Assembly (NCBI GenBank): GCA_024280395.1
Contig: JAJRQG010000150.1
Location: forward strand, 2,091-66,090
DNA: 64,000 nucleotides
Source of the DNA: Gammaproteobacteria bacterium
GTDB taxonomy: Bacteria; Pseudomonadota; Gammaproteobacteria; Xanthomonadales; Marinicellaceae
Direction: 5' to 3'
In this document: one piece after another, positions 46,232-57,248 of the stretch
How the letters are laid out: every line of letters starts with the position of its first letter
Numbering within the stretch: the stretch's first letter is position 1
The notes under the pieces: generated by a model
The model's database searches: none
What the model was told of the DNA's origin: nothing
The model's input: the letters and a program-made list of their open reading frames with translations, nothing else
Translations under genes and position numbers: made by a program

Positions 46232-47512
46232 CTATAGTGCCTTAAAACCGATATCGTTTCTATTGTACTTACTCTCCCAAGATATGGTTTGGCAATGGTT
46301 ATATGCCTTAGTTTGTGCTTGCTTAATATCATCACCTAAAGCACATACACACAATACACGACCTCCATTTGTAACCAATTGGCCGCCTATCCGTTTCGTG
46401 CCCGCATGAAAGACTTTTCTGTCTGAGTATTTTTCAGAGGCATCTAACCCATAAATAGGAGTTCCTTTGTTGTATTTCTCAGGGTACCCCTGCTCTGCCA
46501 AGACCACACCCAAACATGCCCTATCATCCCACTTGATGCTTTGTGTATGCAATGTTCCATCGATTGCTGCCAAACAAAGTTCATCTAAATTACTGATTAA
46601 TCGCATCATTATTGGCTGAGTTTCAGGATCTCCAAATCGGACATTGAACTCTAGCACTTTAGGATTTCCTAATTTGTCTATCATTAAACCCGCATACAAA
46701 AATCCCGTAAAAGGACAGCCTTCAGATATCATTCCTTGAATGGTGGGTTTAATCACTGTTTCTATGGCTTTTTTAAAGACTTTTTCATCAACTATCGGTG
46801 CTGGGCTATATGCCCCCATACCACCAGTATTAGGGCCTTTGTCTCCATCGTCTCGGGCCTTGTGATCTTGTGATGTTGCCATTGGGATAAAGTCTTTTCC
46901 ATCTGCTATGACAATGAATGAAGCTTCTTCACCTTCTAAAAATTCTTCAATGACAATTCTATGTCCAGCCTCACCAAAAGCATTGCCAGCCAACATATCT
47001 TCAATGGCCGCAACTGCCACAATTTCATCTTGCGCAATCACCACACCTTTTCCTGCAGCTAAACCATCAGCTTTAATCACAATTGGGTACTGTTGTTTTT
47101 TCAAATAACTTAATGCAGAGGGAATTTCTGTAAAACTGGCATACGCAGCTGTTGGGATATGGTATTTTTGTAAAAATTCTTTACTGTAAGTTTTCGATCC
47201 TTCTAACTGAGCTGCCTTTGCACTGGGTCCAAAACATGTTATTCCCACCTCATTCATTAAATCAACCAATCCATCACAAAGGGGGTGTTCAGGTCCTACT
47301 ACCACCAAATCAATGGACTTCGATTTACTGAATTCAATAAGAGCTGCATAATCATTGGCAGATATATCGATATTACTTACATCGTCTTCACTTGCGGTTC
47401 CTGGATTGCCTGGAGCTACATAAACATGGCCAACTGAACTTGATAAACTTAAGCGCCATGCCAGTGCATGCTCTCGACCACCAGAGCCAACAACCAAAAC
47501 TTTATTTTTCAT
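46232..47512 (-). CDS. purD: phosphoribosylamine--glycine ligase
   Basis: MKNKVLVVGSGGREHALAW start and an ATP-grasp body. Confidence 0.95.
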   Translation of the reverse strand: MKNKVLVVGSGGREHALAWRLSLSSSVGHVYVAPGNPGTASEDDVSNIDISANDYAALIEFSKSKSIDLVVVGPEHPLCDGLVDLMNEVGITCFGPSAKAAQLEGSKTYSKEFLQKYHIPTAAYASFTEIPSALSYLKKQQYPIVIKADGLAAGKGVVIAQDEIVAVAAIEDMLAGNAFGEAGHRIVIEEFLEGEEASFIVIADGKDFIPMATSQDHKARDDGDKGPNTGGMGAYSPAPIVDEKVFKKAIETVIKPTIQGMISEGCPFTGFLYAGLMIDKLGNPKVLEFNVRFGDPETQPIMMRLISNLDELCLAAIDGTLHTQSIKWDDRACLGVVLAEQGYPEKYNKGTPIYGLDASEKYSDRKVFHAGTKRIGGQLVTNGGRVLCVCALGDDIKQAQTKAYNHCQTISWESKYNRNDIGFKAL

Positions 47513-47524
47513 GCCTTTTCTCAA

Positions 47525-49108
47525 TTAATGATTAAAATGTCTGATTCCTGTAAAAACCATCACCATATTGTGCTCATTGGCAGCTTCAATGACTTCCTCA
47601 TCACGGATAGAACCACCTGGTTGAATGACCGCAACAATGCCACTTGCTGCTGCCGCATCTATTCCATCTCTAAAAGGGAAAAAAGCATCCGATGCCATCA
47701 CAGACCCGGTGACTTTCAACCCTGCATCTTGGGCTTTAATTCCCGCAATTTTAGCACTCACTACCCGACTCATTTGCCCTGCTCCAACCCCAATTGTCAT
47801 GAGGTCTTTGCCATAAACTATCGCATTTGACTTTACCCGTTTTGCCACTTTCCAAACAAATTTCATGTCGGCCAACTGTTGTTCTGTGGGTTGCTTTTTG
47901 CTTACCACTGTTAACTGTTCATCATTGAGTCTCAATATGTCTGCATCTTGTACCAAGATACCTCCATTAACACGTTTGAACATTTGCCATGGCTTTTCTG
48001 GTGTCTGCCATTGTCCACAGTTCAACACCCTTAAATTCTTTTTTACTTTTAATGCTTGGATTGCAGATTCGTCATACTCTGGTGCAATAATCACTTCTAC
48101 AAATTGTTTTTCTGTAATCGTTTCTGCTAATTTTTTTGTTACTTTACCATTGAAAGCTATAACACCTCCAAAAGCTGAAGTAGGATCAGTGGAAAAGGCT
48201 TTCAAATAGGCCAACTCTAAATTAGATTCCAAGGCAACACCGCAAGGATTAGCGTGTTTTACAATAACACAAGCAGGCACATCATCAAATTCCTTGACAC
48301 ATTCTAACGCGGCATCGGCATCGGCTATGTTGTTATAACTTAACGCTTTTCCTTGTAACAAATGGGCAAAACCAACAGTGCCTGGTTGCGTATCTTTTTC
48401 GGTATAAAATGCGCCTTTTTGGTGTGGATTTTCACCATATCTCAAATGGCTGCGATGCTTATACTGCATGGTTAAATATCTTGGAAACTCAACTCGGTCA
48501 CCCGTGTCTTTAATCGAACTCAAATAATTGGCAATTATGCCATCATATTTAGCAGTATGGGCAAATGCCTTAGCAGCCAAAATATGTCTATTGGCATGAG
48601 AGATACCACTGTAGGTAATCATTTCATCGATAAATTCTTTGTAATCCTCTGGATCAACCAAAACAGTGACTCTGTCGTGGTTCTTTGAAGCAGCGCGCAC
48701 CATCGCAGGGCCACCAATATCTATGTTTTCTATGGCTTCTTCAAGTGTAACATCCTTTTTATTAATGGTATTTTCAAAAGGGTACAAATTCACCACTAAT
48801 AAATCAATTGCTTCTATTCCATTAGCCTGCATTACCTCAGCATCAATTTCAGTACGCCCAAGTAAAGCACCATGAATTTTAGGATGCAATGTTTTAATAC
48901 GACCATCCATCATTTCTGGGTAACCCGTATAATTAGCAACATCTGTTACTTCATGTCCTTTTTTTCTTAAAAACTCAGCTGTACCGCCAGTGGACAATAT
49001 TTCAACACCCAATTCTTTTAAACCATTCGCTAAAGATTCTAGGTGGGTTTTATCAGACACACTAATCAATGCACGTCGAATAGAAACTCTATTTTGTGTA
49101 GAAGCCAT
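47525..49108 (-). CDS. purH: bifunctional AICAR transformylase / IMP cyclohydrolase
   Basis: ..[10 protein letters not shown].., ..GGTA..L.., C-terminal ..FTGIRHFNH. 527 aa. Confidence 0.95.
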   Translation of the reverse strand: MASTQNRVSIRRALISVSDKTHLESLANGLKELGVEILSTGGTAEFLRKKGHEVTDVANYTGYPEMMDGRIKTLHPKIHGALLGRTEIDAEVMQANGIEAIDLLVVNLYPFENTINKKDVTLEEAIENIDIGGPAMVRAASKNHDRVTVLVDPEDYKEFIDEMITYSGISHANRHILAAKAFAHTAKYDGIIANYLSSIKDTGDRVEFPRYLTMQYKHRSHLRYGENPHQKGAFYTEKDTQPGTVGFAHLLQGKALSYNNIADADAALECVKEFDDVPACVIVKHANPCGVALESNLELAYLKAFSTDPTSAFGGVIAFNGKVTKKLAETITEKQFVEVIIAPEYDESAIQALKVKKNLRVLNCGQWQTPEKPWQMFKRVNGGILVQDADILRLNDEQLTVVSKKQPTEQQLADMKFVWKVAKRVKSNAIVYGKDLMTIGVGAGQMSRVVSAKIAGIKAQDAGLKVTGSVMASDAFFPFRDGIDAAAASGIVAVIQPGGSIRDEEVIEAANEHNMVMVFTGIRHFNH

Positions 49109-49221
49109 AATATTTTATTTTGATATGAGACGGCGCAGTATTATAACCGCGAGTTATCAGCATAACTATACTGGCAATAGAAAAAGGAGAATTTAATGGT
49201 ATGAATGGCTATAAAAGAGCA

Positions 49222-49476
49222 TTAAGAGACCATTAGCTTGTGCTTATTGATTTTATTTCTCAAAGTGGTTCTGGTGATTCCTAATATCTCTGAACTTTGA
49301 GTTCTGTTGCCTTTGGTAAATTCTAGCACCTCTTCAATAATTCCTTTTTCGATTTGATCGATTACAAAATCATACAAATTTTTTGCCTGATGTCCTTTCA
49401 AATCGTTCAAATATTTTCTAACAGTTTGACGAGTGTACTCTTGTAGGTTCATCTTTGCTAACTCATCCCTTTGCAT
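49222..49476 (-). CDS. fis: DNA-binding protein Fis
   Basis: 84 aa. C-terminal HTH GNRTQSSEILGITRTTLRNKINKH. Confidence 0.9.
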   Translation of the reverse strand: MQRDELAKMNLQEYTRQTVRKYLNDLKGHQAKNLYDFVIDQIEKGIIEEVLEFTKGNRTQSSEILGITRTTLRNKINKHKLMVS

Positions 49477-50345
49477 TACCGCTCTCCAAAAGTAGGACTA
49501 AAACCTACTTCAAAAGTCACTGCACTTTTGCCAGGACTTTGTAATTCCAAAGTTACGGGAATTAAAGTATTGGGAATCATTCCCGTTGTTACAGTTTCAT
49601 CATTCATATATTCGCTGGGCAAAAATCTTCTCATGGCGACTATCTCGCCATTCAGATTGGACATCCGCACTTGCAAAGCAGGAAACCCTTGTATTTTTTC
49701 ATCGCTATTAATTATTCCAGTAGTAATAATCAAAGCATTGTCTCTTCCTGGGTGCTGTCTTATACTGCGAGACACCAAGGCTATTGAGTTTAAATTTGAT
49801 TCTTCAACTCCTGTATAACAGGCGATTTGCTCGCAAAGTTTTTGCTTCAACATCCCTTCTGGAAGTTGCAAGCTGCCATTCTTTAAAGCCATATTTGCTT
49901 GCCATAAAAATCCTGCTAATAAAATCAGGGTAAAAACAGACCACAACAGTGCTGGCTTCTTGTTAGTTGGCGAGTCATCGTCTGCAACAAAATCTGGCTT
50001 TACAGCAAAGACGATATTTTCATCTAACTCTTCTACTGTGCTTTCATTTTCTGCTGGTAAATGTTCGCCTTTTTGATCTTGATCTTCTTGTTCAGCTAAA
50101 GAAGTCGAAACGTTTACGCTTTCTTGAATAATACTTTGTTTGAACTCATGAGTTAATAGTGGCGGAGGGTTATCATTTTCATGCAATATCAAGTCAGCAC
50201 TCATTTGAGGTTTATATTCAGACAAAGTATCTAAGGCATTAAAAACAGCACCACAGGAACTGCAACGCACCATAGAACTGGCAGTGGTTAAATCATCAAC
50301 CGCTACTTTAAATATTTCTCCACATCCTCTACACTGGGTGAACAT
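49476..50345 (-). CDS. MJ0042-type zinc-ribbon / DUF3426 membrane protein
   Basis: MFTQCRGCGEIFKV...VRCSSCGAVFNAL ribbon, one TM and a C-terminal beta-sandwich-like domain. Same position as the PA4851-type gene in the remembered Pseudomonas synteny. Confidence 0.7.
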   Translation of the reverse strand: MFTQCRGCGEIFKVAVDDLTTASSMVRCSSCGAVFNALDTLSEYKPQMSADLILHENDNPPPLLTHEFKQSIIQESVNVSTSLAEQEDQDQKGEHLPAENESTVEELDENIVFAVKPDFVADDDSPTNKKPALLWSVFTLILLAGFLWQANMALKNGSLQLPEGMLKQKLCEQIACYTGVEESNLNSIALVSRSIRQHPGRDNALIITTGIINSDEKIQGFPALQVRMSNLNGEIVAMRRFLPSEYMNDETVTTGMIPNTLIPVTLELQSPGKSAVTFEVGFSPTFGER

Positions 50346-50347
50346 TG

Positions 50348-51244
50348 TTAACTACTCTTTTTTCTTGCATAAACAGAAATCCAATCTTCGGTATTATTAA
50401 TTTCAAAGTCAACAAAACGGTGACTAAATTGTGCAACTATTTCATTGGCTTGCTCTGCTAGTATTCCAGACATTATTAATTCACCATTGTCTTTTAACAA
50501 GGTATAAAAAATTTCGACCAATGTTAATAAAGGTGCTGCCAAAATATTGGCCATCACCACATCTAAATTTTCCAATTTAGACACTTTGTTTGAATCAATA
50601 ACAGTAATGCCATCTAACACACTATTACTTTTCGCATTAACCAAAGTTGATTCTATGGCCTGTGGGTCAATATCCGTACAATACACCTTGTTTGCGCCAT
50701 GTTTCAAAGCGGCAATAGCCAATATCCCAGAACCACAACCAAAGTCAATCATCTCTAGATTGTTCAGGTTGTTGCCGTCAATCCACTCTAAACACAATGC
50801 AGTTGTCGCATGGGTTCCTGTTCCAAATGCCAAACCTGGATCTAAATAAATATTAATCGCTTGCTCGTCCACTGCTTCAAACACACTGGGGATGATCCAT
50901 GTATTTTCTCCAAATTGCATGGGTTTAAAATGCTCTAACCAAGTCCTCTCCCAAACTTGATTTTGCAACTTGGCTACTTTTATTGAACGACTCGGGTATT
51001 TTTCTTTGACTAGTTCTGAAACAGTGGTTTCCTGATAATCATCCAAAGTAAACATGGCCGTTATTTCTATGTCTTGCCATAAGGGCATCTTACCTGGAGC
51101 AGGCTCCAATATGGCTACATCTTGAGCATCTCTAAATGTCACCGAACAAGCGCCCAAATCCAATAAATGGGTTTCAATTGAGTCCACTTCTGATTTATTG
51201 CAAGGTATATTAACCTCAAAGTAATCATAAGTTACTTCTGACAT
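50348..51244 (-). CDS. prmA: ribosomal protein L11 methyltransferase
   Basis: ..IYLDPGLAFGTGTHATT.. and DFGCGSGILAIAA SAM motif. Confidence 0.9.
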   Translation of the reverse strand: MSEVTYDYFEVNIPCNKSEVDSIETHLLDLGACSVTFRDAQDVAILEPAPGKMPLWQDIEITAMFTLDDYQETTVSELVKEKYPSRSIKVAKLQNQVWERTWLEHFKPMQFGENTWIIPSVFEAVDEQAINIYLDPGLAFGTGTHATTALCLEWIDGNNLNNLEMIDFGCGSGILAIAALKHGANKVYCTDIDPQAIESTLVNAKSNSVLDGITVIDSNKVSKLENLDVVMANILAAPLLTLVEIFYTLLKDNGELIMSGILAEQANEIVAQFSHRFVDFEINNTEDWISVYARKKSS

Positions 51245-52590
51245 TATTTGTCCTTATCCAGTAACTTCTCTAAGTAATGGATATTCTTACCACCTTCAAC
51301 AAAACCTTGATCTTGCATAATCATTTGTTGCAATGCAATATTAGTTTTGATTCCTGAAACCACCGTTTCTGCCAATGCCAAACGCATGCGTTTAATTGTT
51401 GTTAAGCGATCTTCACCACGAACAATAATCTTGCCAATCATTGAATCATAATTGGGTGGAACCTTATACCCATCATAAACATGCGAATCAACTCTAACGC
51501 CTGGTCCTCCTGGTGCATGAAACACATCAATAGTTCCTGGTGATGGCATGAATGTTTTGGCATCTTCGGCATTCAATCGACATTCAATGGCATGGCCAAC
51601 AATGTTAATATCGCTTTGTTTAATTTGCATGACTTCACCTGAAGCAATCAACAATTGTTGCTTGATTAAATCAACACCAGTTATGGCTTCAGTTACTGGA
51701 TGTTCTACCTGAATACGGGTATTCATCTCAATAAAATAAAATCGTCCTTCATCGTATAAAAATTCAAAAGTGCCAGCACCTTCATACTTAATTCTGTTAC
51801 AAGCATCCACACAGACTTTACCTATTGCTTCACGCTGCTCTGGTGTAATTCCTGGAGCAGGGGCTTCTTCTACTACTTTTTGGTGACGGCGTTGCATTGA
51901 ACAGTCACGCTCACCCAAATGAATTGCATTGCCATGTTTATCAGACAAAATTTGAATCTCAATATGGCGCGGGTTCTGCAAATACTTTTCCATGTACACT
52001 GTTCCATCACCAAATGCTGCTGCTGCTTCGGTTTGGGTCATTTTTATGGCATTGTTCAATGCTGCATCGGTATGTACTACACGCATTCCACGCCCACCGC
52101 CTCCAGATGCGGCTTTAATAATAATAGGGTAACCGATCTTATTGGCAATTTTTAAATTTCTCTCTGCATCATCATTTAGAGGTCCGTCAGAACCTGGCAC
52201 ACAAGGTACTCCCGATTCTCGCATGGCTTCAATCGCCGCCACTTTATCACCCATCAAACGAATGGTGTCCGCCCGGGGACCTATAAAAGTGAACCCAGAA
52301 TTTTCTACACGTTCTGCAAAATCGGCATTTTCCGCCAAAAATCCATAACCTGGATGAATGGCCTCAGCATCGGTCACTTCTGCAGCGGCAATGATTTTCG
52401 GGATATCCAAATAACTGTCTAATGATGGAGGCGGGCCAATACAAACCGATTCGTCAGCCATGCCCACATGTTTTTGATTGCGGTCGGCAGTTGAATGTAC
52501 CGCGACTGTTTTAATACCCATGGTGTGACAAGCACGAAGAATCCTAAGGGCAATTTCACCGCGATTAGCGATAACAACTTTTGAAAACAT
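51244..52590 (-). CDS. accC: acetyl-CoA carboxylase biotin carboxylase subunit
   Basis: [21 protein letters not shown] start and an ATP-grasp body. 448 aa. Confidence 0.95.
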   Translation of the reverse strand: MFSKVVIANRGEIALRILRACHTMGIKTVAVHSTADRNQKHVGMADESVCIGPPPSLDSYLDIPKIIAAAEVTDAEAIHPGYGFLAENADFAERVENSGFTFIGPRADTIRLMGDKVAAIEAMRESGVPCVPGSDGPLNDDAERNLKIANKIGYPIIIKAASGGGGRGMRVVHTDAALNNAIKMTQTEAAAAFGDGTVYMEKYLQNPRHIEIQILSDKHGNAIHLGERDCSMQRRHQKVVEEAPAPGITPEQREAIGKVCVDACNRIKYEGAGTFEFLYDEGRFYFIEMNTRIQVEHPVTEAITGVDLIKQQLLIASGEVMQIKQSDINIVGHAIECRLNAEDAKTFMPSPGTIDVFHAPGGPGVRVDSHVYDGYKVPPNYDSMIGKIIVRGEDRLTTIKRMRLALAETVVSGIKTNIALQQMIMQDQGFVEGGKNIHYLEKLLDKDK

Positions 52591-52600
52591 AAGCTTATTC

Positions 52601-53056
52601 CTAACTAATCACAAATAAAGGTTCATCAAACTCAATGGGCTGACCATTTTCAACAAGAATTTTTGTTACTGTACCTGAAAATTCCGACTCAATTTGATTG
52701 AACATCTTCATCGCTTCTACCACACAAAGTGTGTCGCCTTCTTTGACTTTTTGACCTACTTTCACAAAGGGCTCCGCATCAGGAGAAGATGCCGTGTAAA
52801 AAGTTCCTACCATCGGACTACGTTGTGTGTTGCCATCTTCAACACTAACCACAGCTTCTGACTTTTCAGCAATGGGTGCGGTAACAGGAGCTACTTGAGC
52901 AGCTACCGCCTGTGGAACAGCATGAAAAGGAGCTGCTACAGTATTTTGTATGTGCCTTGAAAGCTTAACTGACTCCTCACCTTCGTGAATTTCTAATTCT
53001 GTTAATGATGAACTTTCTAAAAGCTCTATAAGTTTTTTGATTTTTCTAATATCCAC
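52601..53056 (-). CDS. accB: acetyl-CoA carboxylase biotin carboxyl carrier protein
   Basis: [16 protein letters not shown] start (GTG codon) and the EAMKM biotinylation motif. Confidence 0.95.
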   Translation of the reverse strand: MDIRKIKKLIELLESSSLTELEIHEGEESVKLSRHIQNTVAAPFHAVPQAVAAQVAPVTAPIAEKSEAVVSVEDGNTQRSPMVGTFYTASSPDAEPFVKVGQKVKEGDTLCVVEAMKMFNQIESEFSGTVTKILVENGQPIEFDEPLFVIS

Positions 53057-53072
53057 GTGTGTCCCCGTTAAA

Positions 53073-53504
53073 TTAGTAATTGTTTAATATATACATTAGC
53101 GCCAGTAAATAACTCTCTGCCCCAAGACCTGAAATTGTTCCAACAGCAACATCAGAAAAGAAACTTTTTTTGCGAAAATCTTCTCTTGCGTAAATATTGG
53201 ACAAATGGACTTCGATAAAAGGAATTTGAGTAGCTTGTAAAGCATCTCGTATTGCCACTGAAGTATGTGTAAATGCAGCAGGGTTAATGATAATAAATTG
53301 GTCTTGCTTATTCATCAAAGATTGAATTTTTTCAACCAGTTCATACTCTTTGTTAGATTGCATGAAATCAATTGAAAACTTTGAACCTTTAACCTTATCT
53401 AACATCTTATTCTGGATATCGGATAATCCTGTTGTCCCATAAATCTCAGGTTCACGTTGACCTAAAAGATTGAGGTTAGGACCATTTAATACTGTAATAT
53501 TCAT
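53073..53504 (-). CDS. aroQ: type II 3-dehydroquinate dehydratase
   Basis: [19 protein letters not shown] and ..[12 protein letters not shown].. motifs. Confidence 0.95.
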   Translation of the reverse strand: MNITVLNGPNLNLLGQREPEIYGTTGLSDIQNKMLDKVKGSKFSIDFMQSNKEYELVEKIQSLMNKQDQFIIINPAAFTHTSVAIRDALQATQIPFIEVHLSNIYAREDFRKKSFFSDVAVGTISGLGAESYLLALMYILNNY

Positions 53505-53640
53505 GATAAATAACGCTAACTTGCCACTAAAAGTACTAATTTTGCATAAAAAATCCGCAAATGTCTATAAAAACTCTTTTATTAGTCTTTTTAGACATTT
53601 TGTCTCAAACGTTCGTTTTAAACAACTGATAAGATTTCTT

Positions 53641-55920
53641 CTATTCCGCAGAACTTACAAGAGTGGACAAATATCGTTCATCATCAATAGACCACCATTC
53701 ATTGGACAAAAGTTTACACTCATTGGCGAGATCTAAAGCAAGTAATCGTTTACCCAAGGCAAAATTGGCTTTTGATTTTAACAACATCAATGGATAGGAA
53801 AAAGGATCGAACTCGAAAGAATCCTCAAGTACCATCAATGCCTTCTGTGGATTGTCCAAGTCTAGATATTGCTCTGCAAGGAGGTTATTTACTTCAATTA
53901 TCACTTCGCCATCTTGTGTGTTCTTAGCTAATTCTTTGGTCGTTAGCAACAATGTAACGGCTGTTTCTTGCTGGCCTTGCAGCAGATATAGTCTTGCCAA
54001 CTGCTTATTTAAACGTGGCTGCAACCTTACTTCACCAGTCTCATCAATGTGTGCCTGAACTTGGGAAATCAAATCGATCACACCTTCAACTTTATTTTGG
54101 TCAAGAATTAAATCTAAACTTAATAACTTATTGGTCAGTAATGCACTTTTATTTTCTGCCAATTCAGCAAATCGTAAATGTGCTTTCAAACCCATTTCAG
54201 ATTTCACCCATTGTTTTTGAACCCGACTAAGATCCACGGCAAATTGTTTTGAAATTTGCAACATCGCATTGTAACCAATCTCGATGGCAATTTTTTGCAT
54301 TTCTTGATTTAGCAATGATGCCTTTTCGAAATACCCTTGAACCATCAATACATAAATAAGTTCGTTTAAAGTAGCACCAATTCCCAGTTTATAGTCCAGG
54401 GTCTTACATATTGCTAACGATTGCTCCAAATGATGAATGGACTCCATATACTTAGATTGGTGTGTGGCAATTCGTGCCAGAGTCGTGTGAATTTTGGCCT
54501 CACCCAACAAATCTCCCAGTTTAGAATACAATGACAAAGATTTTTGGGCAGATTTTTGAGCTTCTTCAATGTATCCCATTTTTTGTAAGATGCTGGCTTG
54601 TTTTTGATAGGTGCTTGCCAGCAATTCTGGATTTAATCTCTCATCTATACTGCTTTCTAACTCATTGAGCAAGCCTAAAGCTTTTTTAAATTCTGTTAGT
54701 TTGGTGTAAGTAAAACTGAGGTTGAGCTTTATCTTTTTCAATTGAGGATAGTCTTTATTGGCGTATTCACTAAGAACAGATTTATACAAATCACGATTCA
54801 CTTCATCCTTGCCCAAAATATTATAAATCAAACCTTTGATACTCTGAGCTTCGATTTTCAACTGTGGATACGTATCTGTTTTTAACACAGTATCAAGCAA
54901 CGCCAATCCTTGTTGTTGTTTTCCCAGTGCACTTTTCACCCGTGCCAGTTCCAACTTAGCCAATAAAAAGTCTGGTTTTTTCTGTAAACACAGCTGATAA
55001 TAGTTCTCTGCACTATCGAACTCTCCCTGTGCATAGCTCGCCAACCCATGCATATAAAGCTCAATCAAATAAGAATCATTTGGAATCTGTGAGTCAATCG
55101 CACCCAGAGGATTGCTTTCTACAAACACACTAGACAGCCACTTGCTAGCAGCTCTCATGGCCAAAGCTAAATTTTGATTGGTAAAAGAACGACTTTGTTT
55201 CAATTGTGATTTATTAGTGACAGATAATTCAACTGTATATGAATGATCATTCTGAATCGTTTTTGAAGTCACTACTTGCAGGTTTGGAGAAATTCTCCAT
55301 TGTGTACTGATATATTGCTCACGGTTTTGATATTTGGGCCTCTGATCTATGTTTTTCAAATATACATTGTCACTCATGCCAAATACCTGGCCCAAATAAA
55401 CAGCAGCAGATGTATTCAACCATCCTTCATTACCACTTGCATCCGCAGATGAAATAATCAACAACAATGAGTTAGGCTTATTTTCTGTAGACCGTTTATT
55501 TACAACTGCAACAATGAGCACTATAAACAACAACATTGCACCTATCACATAGGCCTTAAATCTTGAAACTTTGGGATTTGAACCTGGTCCTGTTGGCGAC
55601 TCGTCAAGTAACGAAACATCTGAGACAAAAATAAAACCTTTGCCATAAGAAGTTTTGATAAAATCGTCCTGATTGTGCTCTGAAAACAATTTACGCAATT
55701 TTGATATACTTTTATCAATAGAATTTTCAGTCACATATTTTCCTGACCACACTTTTGCTATAATGTCGTCCTTAGAAAAAACTTTATTTGGATTTTGAAC
55801 AAATAAAAACAATAGATCAAAGAGTTGCTTACTTAACGGGATGACTATTCTATTAAAAGTCAATTCTTGCTTGTTGACATCTAAAGAAAATTTATTAAAT
55901 TGATAGTTCATTGATTGCAT
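53641..55920 (-). CDS. ToxR/CadC-like membrane-bound transcriptional regulator with large periplasmic TPR domain
   Basis: N-terminal OmpR/PhoB-type winged helix (..LSKQLFDLLFLFVQNPNKVFSKDDIIAKVW...SIDKSISKLRKLF), one TM (AYVIGAMLLFIVLIVAVV), then ~600 aa of TPR-like repeats. ATG at 55920 or 55911. Confidence 0.75.
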   Translation of the reverse strand: MQSMNYQFNKFSLDVNKQELTFNRIVIPLSKQLFDLLFLFVQNPNKVFSKDDIIAKVWSGKYVTENSIDKSISKLRKLFSEHNQDDFIKTSYGKGFIFVSDVSLLDESPTGPGSNPKVSRFKAYVIGAMLLFIVLIVAVVNKRSTENKPNSLLLIISSADASGNEGWLNTSAAVYLGQVFGMSDNVYLKNIDQRPKYQNREQYISTQWRISPNLQVVTSKTIQNDHSYTVELSVTNKSQLKQSRSFTNQNLALAMRAASKWLSSVFVESNPLGAIDSQIPNDSYLIELYMHGLASYAQGEFDSAENYYQLCLQKKPDFLLAKLELARVKSALGKQQQGLALLDTVLKTDTYPQLKIEAQSIKGLIYNILGKDEVNRDLYKSVLSEYANKDYPQLKKIKLNLSFTYTKLTEFKKALGLLNELESSIDERLNPELLASTYQKQASILQKMGYIEEAQKSAQKSLSLYSKLGDLLGEAKIHTTLARIATHQSKYMESIHHLEQSLAICKTLDYKLGIGATLNELIYVLMVQGYFEKASLLNQEMQKIAIEIGYNAMLQISKQFAVDLSRVQKQWVKSEMGLKAHLRFAELAENKSALLTNKLLSLDLILDQNKVEGVIDLISQVQAHIDETGEVRLQPRLNKQLARLYLLQGQQETAVTLLLTTKELAKNTQDGEVIIEVNNLLAEQYLDLDNPQKALMVLEDSFEFDPFSYPLMLLKSKANFALGKRLLALDLANECKLLSNEWWSIDDERYLSTLVSSAE

Positions 55921-56036
55921 GATAACATTATTTATCAAACTAACTAAACTTTAAATTTCAAATAAATAATCAAGATTGGTTGAACTTCTATGAAAACGAG
56001 ACCTCAAATTATTCATACTAAAATTCCGAAACAAAG

Positions 56037-57248
56037 ATGCTAAAACGATTCATTTTTCCAATCCTAATACTTGCAGTAATCTTGTATTTTTTTAAACATA
56101 CGGAAATAAGCAAAAAGCCGTATAAAAACACAGCGATACAAGACAACAATGTCACACTAAAAATTGACAGCAATGAATCAGACAATGTAGCTTTTAAATC
56201 AATTAGAAAGACACCACATAATGTTAAAGAAAACCAATCCTCAATAGGAATCTCTAATAAAATCGGATTGGACTATGTTAACGCCTATAGAGATTGGCAA
56301 TATTTCGAAAACTGCTATACAGATGTCGAAGATTTTGCCAACAACAATGATCCATTAGACACTTTAAAACAACGGTTTGGCAATAGCACAAGAGAGTCTC
56401 AAACAGAACCGACACCTCAACAAAACATCTACTATCAACACCATGTAGATATCTGCAAAACACTCACCGATGATGTGGGAGGAGACAATTATAATCAAAT
56501 CAGATACAATTTATATCTAAGATTTGCGTCATTGACGCCTAAAACAGAAGAAGAAAAACAACTAAATCAAGCTCTCAAACTGCGAGAACAATTGGCTTCA
56601 TTAAAACTTAAATATTCATATGCCCATTATCCTCAATCGAGTTTAACAGAAAAAGAGCAATCAGCCATCAATTCAGAAATACAACAATTGACTCGATTAA
56701 TGTTGGAGGTTTACGATGGCAATGATGAATTATCTCCTGAACAAGTACAAACAATTAGAACAGTCATCGATGAAATTGAAAGCTTACAAAATCAATTAAA
56801 CCAAACAAGTGCAGTTAATCAAGAAAGAATTGAACTCGCAGGACAGAACATAAATACACACTTAAACACAATGGACAGCTTCTTAATAAATGTCAAATCT
56901 CCAGACGCCTTTTTAATTGTTATTGGTGAGTTATACAAGCCAGAATACTTACAAAAAGATTCGGGCATCATTCGTCAAATTAAGGCACAAACCCACATTT
57001 ACGACAATTATTATCTTGCTATACTCAACAATCTCGTCCATCCATTGGTTGCCTGCTCAATGGATTATCCTTGTGACGCGCAATCAGATTTGGTATTAAG
57101 TTATTGCTTAGGATTGAAAGACAGTATGTTCAATCAGGCATGCGGCCTTGGCTTAGAAGACTTTTACTTTAACTTTTATATCGGAGCCAATCAATTGGAT
57201 GATGTAAACAAGTACTTTAATTATTTGGTCAATAGATATGCGAATTAA
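56037..57248 (+). CDS. hypothetical membrane-anchored Cys-rich protein (paralogue A)
   Basis: N-terminal TM. Conserved Cys pattern shared with the next ORF. No known family recognised. Confidence 0.55.
   Translation: MLKRFIFPILILAVILYFFKHTEISKKPYKNTAIQDNNVTLKIDSNESDNVAFKSIRKTPHNVKENQSSIGISNKIGLDYVNAYRDWQYFENCYTDVEDFANNNDPLDTLKQRFGNSTRESQTEPTPQQNIYYQHHVDICKTLTDDVGGDNYNQIRYNLYLRFASLTPKTEEEKQLNQALKLREQLASLKLKYSYAHYPQSSLTEKEQSAINSEIQQLTRLMLEVYDGNDELSPEQVQTIRTVIDEIESLQNQLNQTSAVNQERIELAGQNINTHLNTMDSFLINVKSPDAFLIVIGELYKPEYLQKDSGIIRQIKAQTHIYDNYYLAILNNLVHPLVACSMDYPCDAQSDLVLSYCLGLKDSMFNQACGLGLEDFYFNFYIGANQLDDVNKYFNYLVNRYAN

Noticed and set aside
53505-53640. Hairpin gtcta(t)aaaaa...tttttagac between the regulator gene and aroQ as a regulatory RNA
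   Set aside because: It is a short AU-only stem with a bulge. It is adequately explained as a weak terminator for the regulator gene, or by chance in AT-rich DNA.
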